Positions 1 to 32,342 of a stretch of 64,000 nucleotides of DNA are shown piece by piece. Position 1 is the first letter of the stretch. Each line of letters opens with the position of its first letter. Position numbers and translations under genes: made by a program. The notes under the pieces were generated by a model, which did not search any database, had not been told where the DNA came from, and saw nothing but the letters and a program-made list of their open reading frames with translations. The stretch comes from Dictyostelium discoideum (lineage: Eukaryota): the NCBI GenBank assembly GCA_000004695.1, contig CM000150.2:640001-704000 (forward strand). The letters are read 5' to 3'.

Positions 1-744
1 GTAAATATCTATTTCTAGAGAGGAAATAATTGGATAATGTTGAAACCAATAGATTGTTACTATCATCTATCTCCATTGATTCGGTGGTGGTGGTGGTGGA
101 ATGGTCATTTTTAAAGTCAATATAGAGTTCTCTATCGAAACCACCCAATTTTCTACCCTCCCAATAATGTTGTGAACAAAGTTTAAGGAAATCATTCTCA
201 TCCGATGGATCTTTTAACATGTTTGGTATGATTTTGACAGGTCTGAGGAATGGAGGCGCACCTTGAATGTAACGAAGTACTGATGATAAATAAGTTTCAG
301 TCCAGAATGTTTCCTCGATTTGGTTCTTCTCGCCATTGGAGTTCAATGAGTAGGTGATTGGTGGTGTTAGGTGGTTGGATGTACCGGGTAATTCTAAATG
401 TAAATCCATCCTGAGGAACGCATTATACGAGATGAGATGGCATTGCTCGATTTTATAATTTCCTCTACCAAATGACGATTTCTCTTGATTGTCCAATATT
501 GTACCCAAATAAACGGCTGCTGCCGATGTCGATCCTGTATTAACCCCCATGGTCCAATGATAGGATGATATCTTTTGTGTCTTTAATCCTGGTACGAATC
601 TAGGTGGTTCATATTGTTTACTAATTATACATAAATCAGGTGGTCCAAGTCCAATGAAATTTTTCATACATTTTTGTCTTTCTTCTAATACCTCTCCATT
701 TACTATTTCAATCTTTTCTTGTACATTATAAATATATTCTCCCA
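1..744 (-). CDS. Hypothetical protein, 5' part only. The ATG is at 744 (minus strand) and the gene runs off the window start.
   Basis: Minus-strand ORF from ATG (plus 742-744) with no stop through position 1, about 248 aa. It reads MGEYIYNVQEKIEIVNGEVLEERQK...YHWTMGVNTGSTSAAAVYLGTILDNQEK...HYWEGRKLGGFDRELYIDF. Complexity and codon usage are coding-like. It is not in the ORF track because it is edge-truncated. I do not recognise the family. Confidence 0.5.
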
Positions 745-820
745 TCTTTATTTATTTATTTTTTTGTGTATAATAAATAAAAGAATATAAAATTTGTTTT
801 TGTTTTAATTTTTTTTTTTT

Positions 821-873
<53 letters not shown>

Positions 874-1313
874 TAATTATTAATTATTATTATTATTATA
901 TTATTATAATAATAATGTGATATATGATTTGAAAAATAAAGTTTTTATATATTAAATAAATATTAAGTAAAATATAAAATGATAATAAAAAAAATTAGTA
1001 TACAAATATATTTTATTTTTTTTTTTTTTTATTTTTTATATTTTTTTTTTTACTATTAATATTATTTTTTTTTTTTTTTTTATTTGGGTGTCTGTATGTG
1101 TGTGTGTGTATGTGTTTATTGTAAAGTGGGAATATGTAGTAAATGTGTGTGCTTCATACGTTTTTTGAATTTCTCTTTTGTGAATTGTTGAACATTTTAT
1201 TTATATTTTTTTTTTTTAATTTTTAGTTAACAAAAATTAAAAAAAAAAAAAATTTTAATGGAATATATGATTATTGGAATAAACAAAAGAAAAAAAAACA
1301 TTCTTTTTTTTTT

Positions 1314-1348
<35 letters not shown>

Positions 1349-1601
1349 TATTTTTTTATTTTTTATTTTTTTTTTTTATTTTTTATTTTTTTTAATTAAT
1401 TTTTTGGTTTTCGTCAACTGGGTTGTGAATTCAAACGACGTCTGGCAACATTGAAAAAAAATTAAAAAATAAAAAAAATAAAAAAAAATAAAAAAAATAA
1501 TAACATGTAATAAAAAATAAAATTGATTTTATTTAAAATTTTAATGGAAATGATTATTTTTTTTTATTTTTTTTTTTTAATAATCAATTTTATAATTATC
1601 A

Positions 1602-1636
<35 letters not shown>

Positions 1637-1716
1637 ATTTGTTTGGTCATGTTACAATTGTGTTGATTTTATTTTTATTTGTTTGATCATGTTACTTTTA
1701 AAATTTAAAATTAATT

Positions 1717-1749
<33 letters not shown>

Positions 1750-2186
1750 CAAAAAATGGGTTGAAACTTTTAAAAAAAAAAAAATCCCAATAAAATTTTT
1801 TTTTTTAAATTCACCAACTTTTGCAAACATTATTTATGACAATGCTTAAAAAAAAAATCTAATGCATATCTTTTTTTTTTTTTTAATATTTTCCATTTTT
1901 TTTTTTTTATTTTTTTTTTACAAGACATGCATCCATTTTCCAAAAAATGAGATGACCATACTCAAACAAATAAAATTTTTTTGGTTTCATTTATGTATTA
2001 AATAATAATAAAAAAAAAAAAAAATAATAATATGTTTTTAAGCAATATATCCGATTTTATTTATTCATTAAAGACATTTATTAATAAACTATAGTGTAAA
2101 ATTATGTTAAAAAATAAAAATTTCAAAAAAAAAAGGGTTTCTGATACAAACTACCCCCTTTTTTTTTCCATATTGATTTTAGCAAG

Positions 2187-2221
<35 letters not shown>

Positions 2222-2764
2222 AAAAATTAAAAAAAATCAAGATTTGACCAATGGAAAATGGGGGTTGAGCAAAAAAAAAAAAAAAAATTAATGAACCAGA
2301 AAATTAAAATCAAAAAAAAAAAATTATAGCATTAATTATAGAAGTGCCATCAACCCCGATATAGGTATCTGATATTAGGATTTTATTTTCTTTTAAATAA
2401 TTCAACTTAAAAAAAAAAAGTCAGCTAAGAATAGCAACTTTAAAATCAAAATTTTTTTTTTTTTTAAAAATCCCAACTCAAAATAAACACTAATTTTAAG
2501 AAAATCAACTTAAAATTTTTAAGAAAATCAACTTTAAAAAAAAAAACAAATTTTTAGAGCGGCAAACCCAAAAAATAAAAATTTTCCCTATTTTTTTTTT
2601 AAATATTATTTCAAACCTATTTTTTTTTTTTGTTTTTCTATATAAAAAATAAATAAATAAAAAAATAAATAAAAAAATAAATAAATAAATAAAAAAAAAA
2701 AAATAAATAAATAGGTAAATAAATAAATAAATAAATAAAAAAAAATAAATTTAGATTAGGTATT

Positions 2765-2771
<7 letters not shown>

Positions 2772-2830
<59 letters not shown>
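2772..2830 (+). promoter_or_regulatory. 59-nt poly(A) tract 22 nt upstream of the giant-gene start codon.
   Basis: An A run at 2772-2830, then ttatttgttagtatatccaaaaATGg. Confidence 0.35.
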
Positions 2831-2832
<2 letters not shown>

Positions 2833-2852
2833 ATTTGTTAGTATATCCAAAA

Positions 2853-18171
<15,319 letters not shown>

Positions 18172-18243
18172 CTATAAAATTAATTAACTATAATATATTA
18201 AAAGCTATAATTGTTTACTAATTTTTTCAATTGTTATTAATAG

Positions 18244-18436
18244 ATGTAATAAATGTAAAAGAGATACACCTCATAGTAAATATTTAGTAACTTCACCAGA
18301 TTGTTTGGTTATTGAATTAAATAGAAACTATGATAATGCTGTCTCTTATCGTAGATTCCATAATCCAATTGAAATTATAATTGGTGATGTTTTTTATAAA
18401 AATTGTGATATTAAATATACCCATCATTCAACAATC
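18244..18436 (+). CDS. Probable exon 4 of the giant gene. It encodes the second CxxC pair and LxIxLxR strand of a USP-fold zinc ribbon.
   Basis: The apparent stop at 18169-71 overlaps a GTAACT donor (18168) in phase 2, and the AG acceptor at 18242-43 restores frame. That gives 64 stop-free codons in AT-rich DNA: KCNKCKRDTPHSKYLVTSPDCLVIELNRNYDNAVSYRRFHNPIEIIIGDVFYKNCDIKYTHHSTI. This pairs with CTNC in exon 3 as the C-x2-C...C-x2-C USP zinc-ribbon pattern. The exon ends at a GTAAGT donor (18437). Confidence 0.5.
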
Positions 18437-18522
18437 GTAAGTTTAGAAAGAAAAAAAAATAAATTTAAAAAAATAAATTAATATTAACAACTTGTTTTAT
18501 TAAAAATTTAAATTTTAAAAAG

Positions 18523-19065
18523 ATGATTGATAATTCAATTAATATTAGTACAGGCAATATGAATGAAAGTAAAAAAATCAAATCCACAGCTGATTCATGT
18601 TTCTCTTATATCGATAAAGATGAATGTTATAAAGAAGAACAATTAACATCACATTTATTAATTTATAAAAAATCCAATTTAGATACTCCAGGTGATGATC
18701 AAGATGAAAATCAAAATGGTGATGGTGATGATGACAAAGGTAATAATTCAACTTTAGAAATTGATGATAATGATGATAATACTAAAAATAACAACAATAT
18801 TGTAATTCCACCATTGGATTTTTCAAACTCATGTGGATTAACAAAAGATGATGTCATTAAATATCATAATGATAAATTTTTTGTTTGGGTCAATACATTA
18901 CCGTTAAATCCAGTGCATTTGGTTGAAATGATTGATGGTTTATCGGAGCAACTAATTGTAAAGTTTGATGACGCTTTCGGTTTAGATGATGATGGTTGGA
19001 ATAATGTAATCCCAATATTTAAAATTAGAAAAATATTTTTAGATTATTTGAATAAATTTAATTAA
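18523..19065 (+). CDS. Probable exon 5 and C-terminus of the giant gene (acidic tail). Alternatively it is an independent 180-aa acidic-protein gene.
   Basis: A phase-0 donor at 18437 and an acceptor AG at 18521-22 join in frame to track ORF 18523..19065, which reads MIDNSINIS...DDQDENQNGDGDDDKG...LDYLNKFN. The ATG at 18523 also has a good aaaagATGa start context, so an independent gene cannot be excluded. Confidence 0.4.
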   Translation: MIDNSINISTGNMNESKKIKSTADSCFSYIDKDECYKEEQLTSHLLIYKKSNLDTPGDDQDENQNGDGDDDKGNNSTLEIDDNDDNTKNNNNIVIPPLDFSNSCGLTKDDVIKYHNDKFFVWVNTLPLNPVHLVEMIDGLSEQLIVKFDDAFGLDDDGWNNVIPIFKIRKIFLDYLNKFN

Positions 19066-19172
19066 ATAACTTTTAAAAAAACAAAATAATAAAATAAAAC
19101 AAAATAAAACAAAATAATAGATATCATTTATCTTTCAAAAAATTAATAGTATTCATAAAAATGAATTAAAAC

Positions 19173-19173
<1 letters not shown>

Positions 19174-19219
<46 letters not shown>

Positions 19220-19228
19220 TTATTTACT
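19174..19228. repeat. (ATTT)n tetranucleotide repeat in the 3' intergenic region.
   Basis: atttatttatttattt... for about 13 units. Confidence 0.85.
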
Positions 19229-19395
19229 AATAAACCTGAGTAAAAAATTATTAATTAGTAGCTTTTAATAAATAGTATATATAAAAGATTCCATGGTTGT
19301 GAATAAATTTTTTTTTTTATTTTTTTTTTTTAAAAAATCTGTAATTTATTTAATAATAATTTAAGAAGAGATATCTTCTTTTTATTGGTTTATTT

Positions 19396-20693
<1,298 letters not shown>

Positions 20694-21381
20694 TTTTTTT
20701 TTTTTTTTTTTTTGAAAGTAATAAAATATTTTATTTATATGTTACTTTGATTTTTTTTTTTTTATTTTGATTTGGGCTTCATATTTTTTTCTTTTTATAC
20801 TGTCAAAATAAAAAAAAATAAAAAATTAAAATGGTCAACGAAAATGAAATTCAACAAAAAGGAAATGAAAAACAACAAAAAAAAAAATCAAAAAAAAATG
20901 AACCTAATCATTTTCGTGTCCATAAAAAGAAGGATTTAGGATTTTTTATTTTTGTGGGATAATAATCTGATGTTTTTTTTTTTTTTTTTTTTTAATCATA
21001 ATTTACTTACATACATTCTTTAACACCTAATGAAAACTTCAGGCTTAAATTCATTTGAATATTGTTCAGTGTCAGCCATCCCATAAACTTACTTCCTAAC
21101 TAGATTGGCTAGATGGCACCATTTTTTATTTTTTATTTTTTTTTTTTTTTTTAAATTTTTTTTTTTTTTATTTAATTAATTAATTATTGGAAATAACATA
21201 TCAAATAAAGTAAATAATTTAATCTTCCATTTCTAAATTGTTTTTTTTTTTTTTTTATTTAATTTTTTAAAATTTCTATCCATACCAGCGTGATTATGAT
21301 TTTTTTTTTTATTTTTTTTTTTTCATATGAAAATTTTCTTTTGGAAAAGGGTGATGTTATGAAAATTTTAAATTGAAAAAT

Positions 21382-21422
<41 letters not shown>

Positions 21423-21667
21423 TTTAATTAAAAAATTTGAAACAATTTTTTTTTTTTAATACAGATAAAAAAATAAACATAATTTTAAACACACAATAGT
21501 TAATTTTTTATTTATTATTACTAAAAATAAAATAAAAATAAAAATTAAAATTAAAATTTTATATATAAATAATTAAAACTTTAATTTTTTTTTTTTTTTT
21601 TTTTTTCTCTCAATCATCACATAATAATTGTAATTATTAATATATACATATAAAATTAAATAAAAAA

Positions 21668-22082
21668 ATGACATCAAAAGGTAATGCAGGTAATCCACCA
21701 ACACCAACACCAGCACCAGTAAAGAGTCAACCATTATGGCACAATCTTGTATCAGGTGGTATTGCAGGTGTAAGTGAAATCCTTGTTATGTATCCATTAG
21801 ATGTTGTTAAGACAAGACAACAACTTCAAGTTGGTAAAGGTCAATCAATGATGTCATCACTCGTTACCATGGTTAGACATGATGGTTTAAAAATGTATAG
21901 AGGTATTGTTCCACCAATCTTGGTCGAAGCTCCAAAAAGAGCCATCAAATTTGCTTCAAATAAATTTTATGAAAAACAAATTTTATCATATTGTGGAAGT
22001 AAGTTAAAATTATAATAATAATAATAATAATAATAAAAATAATAAAAAATATATTTTAATAATTATTTTAAAAATATTGAAA

Positions 22083-22140
<58 letters not shown>

Positions 22141-22715
22141 TAGATACAAAACCAACACAAATGCAAGCAATTGGATCAGGTGTTTTAGCAGGTATTACAG
22201 AAGCATTTATTGTTGTACCATTCGAATTAGTAAAGATTAGATTACAAGCAAAAGAGAATGCAGGTAAATATACAAGTACAATGGATTGTGTTAACAAGAC
22301 ATTCCGTGCTGAAGGTTTATCAGGATTCTTTAAAGGTTTAGAAAGTACTATTTGGAGACATGCCTGTTGGAATGGTGGTTACTTTGGTTTAATTCATACC
22401 ATTAAATCAGCATTACCAAAACCAACCACTGAACAAGGTGTATTAGTAAATAATTTCATAGCTGGAGGTTTGGCTGGTACTTTTGGTACAATGTTAAACA
22501 CTCCCGCTGATGTCGTCAAGAGTAGAATTCAAAATCAAGTTGGTGCTGGTAAATATAATTGGTGTATTCCTTCAATTTTAACCGTTGCTAGAGAGGAAGG
22601 TTTCTCTGCCTTATATAAAGGTTTCTTACCAAAAGTTTTAAGATTAGGTCCAGGTGGTGGTATTTTATTAGTTGTTAATGAATTCGTTATGAAATTATTA
22701 GCTGGAAAAAATTAA
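21668..22715 (+). CDS. Mitochondrial 2-oxodicarboxylate carrier of the SLC25 family, SLC25A21/ODC-like. Two exons: 21668..21998, 22144..22715.
   Basis: Three carrier signature motifs are present: PLDVVKTRQQ, PFELVKIRLQ and PADVVKSRIQ. Block-level similarity to ODC: GIVPPILVEAPKRAIKF, GLESTIWRHACWNGGYFG and YKGFLPKVLRLGPGG. The GTAAGT donor is at 21999 and the AG acceptor at 22142-43, joining in phase 1. The intron is mostly (AAT)n. Confidence 0.9.
22016..22140. repeat. (AAT)n microsatellite in two blocks, inside the carrier-gene intron.
   Basis: Runs of aataataat at 22016-22036 and 22087-22137. Confidence 0.85.
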
Positions 22716-23019
22716 ATTTAAACTAATAAAATAAAAAAAATTAAAAAAATAAAATAAAAATAAATAAAAATAAATATTCCTTATTATTAAAAAAAAAAAA
22801 AAAAAATACCATTAGCGCTTTTTACAATATATGTATATAAAAAATTGGAAAAAAATAAAAAAAAAAAAATTTGTTATAAAATTTTATTACTTTTAAAAAA
22901 TATATATATTTATTATTTGTTTTTATTTATATATGGTTAAAAACATTTAATTTTTGGTTCAAAAGAACTATATCATTCTAGTGAAATGTAAAGATTTTGG
23001 TTTTTTTTTTCTTGGATTC

Positions 23020-24171
<1,152 letters not shown>

Positions 24172-24266
24172 AGGAGAAGGATTTGTTAGTGTTAAGGCTC
24201 TATTATTACTATTGTTATTATTATTGTTAGAATTTAATCTTCCAGAGTTATTAATAGGTATTGGTT

Positions 24267-26459
<2,193 letters not shown>

Positions 26460-26994
26460 GATTAATTTAAACACAATAAATAAAATTGATTGAAACAATA
26501 AATATTGTAATATTAATACAATAATCGATGGCAATACAACAACAACAACAACAACAAATACTATTATTCAAATTAATTTAAAAAATTACAAATTATATGT
26601 ATTATATGGATAATTAATATATGCAGGTGGGTGGGGTGGTGGTGTTATTCTATATATGGAGAATTATATAAGGTATAAGTGTTTTATATATATATATATT
26701 GTGTGGTATAGAGTGATTATAATGGATAATATATGAATAAAATATATGGTGAATATGTGGATATATGGTTATATGGCTATATGATTGGTTATATGATTTA
26801 TGTATACATATATATTTTTGGAAAGGTGTAGATTTCAATTATATTATATTGTTTTAATCATTCCAGTATATATATTATTTTTTTAATTTATTTATTTTAT
26901 TTTTTTATTTTATTTTTTTTGGGTTTGTTTTAATATTTGATTTCCTTGTTTTATATTTATATTTTTATTTTTTTATTTTTATTTTTATTTTTAT

Positions 26995-27086
26995 TCTTAT
27001 TTATATTTATATTTATATTTATATTTATATTTATATTTATATTTATATTTATATTTATATTTATATTTATATTTATATTTATATTC
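26995..27086. repeat. (ATTTAT)n hexanucleotide minisatellite, about 15 units.
   Basis: A direct atttatatttat... repeat in the intergenic region downstream of the NF-YC start. Confidence 0.9.
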
Positions 27087-27388
27087 TATTTTTTTTTTAT
27101 TATTTTTTTATTATTTTTTTTTATTAGTAGTTCATTTGATTTAAAAATACAAAACAATTAACTTTTAGTATGAGATATATGATATTAATATAAAAATTGG
27201 ATTGATTAAAAAAAAAAAAAAAAAAAAAAAAAAGAAAGGAAAAAAGGAAAAAAAAAAAATATAATTAGTATAATGGACTGAAACTAAAAATATTGGTTTT
27301 TTGTTTGGCTTTTTTTTTTCTCTCTTTTCCTTGTTGTTGGGTTTTTTTTTTTTTTAATTATAAAAAAAAAAAAAAAGAAAAAAATCTA

Positions 27389-27419
<31 letters not shown>

Positions 27420-28744
27420 TCTTGAACAATCGTTTTTTTTTTTGTGATTATGCTAAAAAAAAAAAAAGGTGGTGACGATAATAAAAAATAAAAAATTTTG
27501 ATTTAAATGTTTTCCTTTGAAAATTACAAATGTGCCAAACTGATAAACAAATAACCAAATGTTATGTTTTCTAAATTTAGAATTTTGAAATTGTACAAAA
27601 AAAAAAAAAAATAAAAAATAAAAAAAAAGTGTGAACATACAAATTTGAAAATCAAAAAAAAAATTTTTTTAAAAAAAAAAGACTCAAAAAAACAATCAAC
27701 TTTTTTAAAATTCTAACGGCTAAGAAAGAAAAAATTTTATTGTGCGTGAATGTGAAAGAGATAGTTATGATAATGAAAACCATAAAAAATATAAATTTTA
27801 AAAAAATATAAAAAAATTTGTTTTTTTAAAGTGATCTACGATTATCCCAAAAAAAAAACATGTTTTTTTTTCTTTTTTTTTTTCTTTTTTTTTTTTTATT
27901 TTTTGTTTGTGGAGAATGAAATGCCATATGATATGTATGAGAACGAAAAAAAAAAAAAAAAAAAATCTGGTTTTAAACCACACACAAAGAAATCAATTCA
28001 ATAATTACCTTCACTATTTATTATTTTTGAAGTTGTAATGTTTATATTAAACGAAAATGAAAAAAACTTAAAAAAAAAGTAATACCAAAAGTTTTTTTTT
28101 TTTTTTTAATGATCAAAAAAAAAAAAAAAAAGGTCCCTTCTTTTTTTTAAAGTCCACACACTAGGTTATATTTATAAATATTTATTTTGTAGTTATTTAT
28201 AAATTTTAAATTATTATTTTGGTGAATGGTAAACAAAAGGATAATAAAAAAAAAAAAAAAAAAAATCAAAATAATAATAATAAAATCAAAAAAAAAAAAA
28301 AATCAAAAAAAAAATAAAATAAAATAAAATAAAAAAAGTAAAAAAAATTTATGTAAAAACTATGATTTAAATATTAATCGCTTTGATTGGCCAAAATAAT
28401 TTTATTTTGAAAAATGATTTTAGATATTTTTACCACCATAGAAAAAAAAAAATAAAAAAAAAAAATTTGAAAATATAACTTTTTTAATTAATGATATGCA
28501 AAACTTACACTTTTTTTTTTTTTTTTTCCTTTATTTTATTTTTCCCTTATTTATTTTTATAGTTTTGTTTTTATTTTATTTTTTTATTTTAAATTTAAAT
28601 TTTTTATACCTTTTTTTTTATTTTTTTTATTTTATTTTTATTTTATTTTAATTTATTTTATTTTTTAAGAAAAAAAGAAAAATAATTTTATTCTTAATAT
28701 AATATTTTAGATCAAAAATTAGTACAAAACAAAAAAAAAAAAAA

Positions 28745-28791
<47 letters not shown>

Positions 28792-28949
28792 AAAAAAAAA
28801 AAAAAAAAAATGAAAAAAGGAAGGATTGAGAAATCCATTTTTTTTCAGACAAATAATACATAGTGCATACCCTAATTTTTTTTAAAAAAAAAAATAATTA
28901 TTTAAAATTAAGACTAAAATAAAAAAAATAAAATAAAAATTTACTTTGA

Positions 28950-28984
<35 letters not shown>

Positions 28985-29009
28985 AAAAAGAAAAAAGAAA
29001 AAAAAAACC

Positions 29010-29160
29010 TTGTTGCGGTGGGAAAAGTTTTAAACCTACCCGATCATAGCTTTAAGTGGGGTTGTCAACGATAAGGGTAATTTGTGATTGTCGGTTTTGA
29101 GTACAAAATGATCACCCCCACCCATTTTATTAATGTGGTTAATTTTGATGTTTCATATGA
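29010..29160. other. Isolated GC-richer island of about 150 nt inside a 2.8-kb AT-only gene desert. It carries a tRNA A-box-like motif (TAGCTTTAAGTGG) and terminal complementary arms. It is a possible degenerate tRNA-like element or ncRNA, and is not a confident gene.
   Basis: The sequence is ccttgttgcggtgggaaaagttttaaacctacccgatcatagctttaagtggggttgtcaacgataagggtaatttgtgattgtcggttttgagtacaaaatgatcacccccaccc. gatcat pairs with atgatc (a 6-bp arm) and ggtggg pairs with cccacc. There is no convincing B box or cloverleaf. Confidence 0.2.
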
Positions 29161-30001
29161 TTTTTTTTATTTATCACAAACCGTTATGCGTATAGTATTT
29201 GTTTTTTTTTTTTTAAAAAAAAAAAAAAAATCAATCATTTTGACAAAATTAAATAAAGAAAAAAAAAATATAAAAACCAAAAACCGAACAAATGACATTA
29301 TTTCGTGGTTTTTACCAGTATAAATTTTTCAGATTTCAATCCAAAAAAAGAAAACCTTTCCAACCGAAAAAGATTTTTATTATTTAATTTTTTTTAAATT
29401 TTTTTTTTTTTTTTTTTTTTTTTTACTAAAAAAAAGTAAAAAAAAAAAAAGGGTAAAAAAAAAAACCACTCATGATAATAAATTTATTCCCAAAGTGAAA
29501 AAATGATTAAAAAAAAAAAAAAAAAAAGAAAATTAAAAAAAAAAAAGATTTATTTTTATTTTCTTTTTTTTTTTTTAATCATTTTTCCAAAAAAAATAAA
29601 TAAATTCCAAACCTTTTTTTTTTTTTTTTTTTTTTTTTTATTATGGTTTTAAAAAAAAAATCCTTTTTCCTGAAAACAAAAAAAAAAAAAAATTAAAAAA
29701 ATATAATTTATTTATTCTGATTGAATTTTTTTTTTTTTTTCATTATGGTTTTAATGATAAGATTTGATTGGTGAATTTGTTAGAATATTCTTTTTTGAGA
29801 TTTCGAAAAGTCAATTTTATTAATATTATTTGGTGAAATTACCTGAATAAAAAATATTTTTTTAATTTTTAATATTTTTCACTTTTTTTTTAATATTTTC
29901 ACTTTTTTTTTATTTTTATTTTATTTTTACCTTTTTTTTTTTTTTTTTTTTTTTTTAATAATAACAACAATAATTACCCCATAGTTAATATTTTTCAAAT
30001 A

Positions 30002-30854
<853 letters not shown>

Positions 30855-30929
30855 AATAAAATTAAATAAAATAAAAAAAAAATGTAAATAATATAATTAA
30901 AAAAAAAAAGGGGGGGGGACTGTTTTATT

Positions 30930-31606
30930 TTAAATTGAAAAGAATTTAACACCAACATTTTCATCTTGAGAAAACGTTTGACATTTTGATTGTTTTTCTA
31001 AAACTTTTAAAGACTTCATTAAGATTGTTGTATTTAATTGATGAAATTCTTGTTTCTTTGAGTCATCACCATTTTGAATTTCCCAAACTGTTAAAACTGT
31101 ATTTAATAAACCACAATCAGCTACCCATTTATAAATAAGTGATGCCCATTCATCTGGTTTTCTCCACATTATTAAAACTCTATTATTATTATTATTATCC
31201 TTATCCTTTTCTTTTTCTTTTTCTTTTTCTTTATCAACCCATTCTGCAAATCCATTTTCAATTATATCATCAATTATACTTTTCAATGCTTCTCTTGATA
31301 ATTTTCCTATAATTAATTAATTTTATTATAAAATAAAACATAAACTTATTAATAAATAGTAATATTACTATATATATGAATAAAAATAATTTACTTACTA
31401 TTTATTTTTTCATTATTAAATAATACTGAGTTTGATTTTATAGATTCATTAATATCTAATTCATAAATTTTATAATATCTACAATATTGGAGAATTAGGT
31501 CTTGCCACATTTGGAATTGTTTCTTTCTAGTGTTTAATATTGGTTGTATAGTGAAGAATGGTTCTTTATGATAATAAGGTGGGAATTGAAAAACTTGATT
31601 ACTCAT
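30930..31606 (-). CDS. vps25: ESCRT-II subunit Vps25 (EAP20). Two exons: 31606..31399, 31306..30930.
   Basis: The protein reads MSNQVFQFPPYYHKEPFFTIQPILNTRKKQFQMWQDLILQYCRYY...FNNEKIN|RKLSREALKSIIDDIIENGFAEWVDK...RVLIMWRKPDEWASLIYKWVADCGLLNTVLTVWEIQNGDD...QDENVGVKFF. This collinear match to Vps25 includes the PPxY-like FPPYY motif and the C-terminal GVKFF. The intron (31307-31398) runs GTAAGT to AG in phase 1. Confidence 0.9.
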
Positions 31607-31778
31607 CTTTATTTTTTGATCTATTTATCTATATATATTTATATATTTATTTTTACAATTTTTAAAAAAAAAAACGAAAATAAATTATAAATTTATTATT
31701 TGAATTAACTTTTATAGGGTGTATTTGCGAATGTTTTTATCATCTATATTTTAATCTTTTAAAAAATTAAATTAAATT

Positions 31779-31820
<42 letters not shown>

Positions 31821-31929
31821 GTTTTTTTTTTTTTTTTGGTTTGTTTTTGTGAGAGAGAAAATATCAATGAAAAAAAATAATAATAAAAATAAAAAACAAA
31901 TATTTTAAAAATCATCTCAAATCTATTTT

Positions 31930-32040
31930 TTAAATGTAATTAAGTATAAAAGAACGGAAGGAACAGTTCTTTATTTACTTTTATACTTAGTTACTTATTT
32001 AAATTTGATATTTCAACCCAGTGGGATTAAATGGCCCACT
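31930..32040. promoter_or_regulatory. Nested perfect palindromes forming a hairpin or cruciform-capable cluster in the vps25 upstream region.
   Basis: aagtataaaag (31930-40) pairs with cttttatactt (31966-76), a perfect 11-nt inverted repeat. An inner aaagaac / gttcttt pair is nested inside it. A second pair is agtggg (32018-23) with cccact (32033-38). The local GC content is well above the background. Confidence 0.35.
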
Positions 32041-32308
32041 ACATAAAAAAAAAAAATAACAAAAAAAAAAAAAAAAATAAATAATAAAAAAGGGTAAAGA
32101 TTAAACCACTTAAAAAATACTAGATATAAAATTTCTATAGGGTCTATTTTAGGAATTAAAGTGATTTGTTCAAAATTATTTTTTTTTATTTTTTTTTATT
32201 TTATTTTTATTTTTATTTTTTCAATTAAATAATTTAGTAAAGTGCGAAATGTTTTTTTGTGGGTGAATTGTGGTAAATATAACTGCAAACAAAAAAAAAA
32301 AAAAAAAC

Positions 32309-32342
<34 letters not shown>

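Noticed and set aside
29040-29125. Possible tRNA gene (A-box-like TAGCTTTAAGTGG, 6-bp terminal arms, about 74 nt).
   Set aside because: No canonical B box (GGTTCGANTCC). Position 8 is A, not U. The D, anticodon and T stems cannot be formed convincingly. It is kept only as a low-confidence tRNA-like or ncRNA element.
29084-29323. 79-aa ORF spanning the GC island in the gene desert.
   Set aside because: It is short, shows no codon bias, and runs into poly(T)/poly(A). The GC island is treated as a possible ncRNA or remnant instead.
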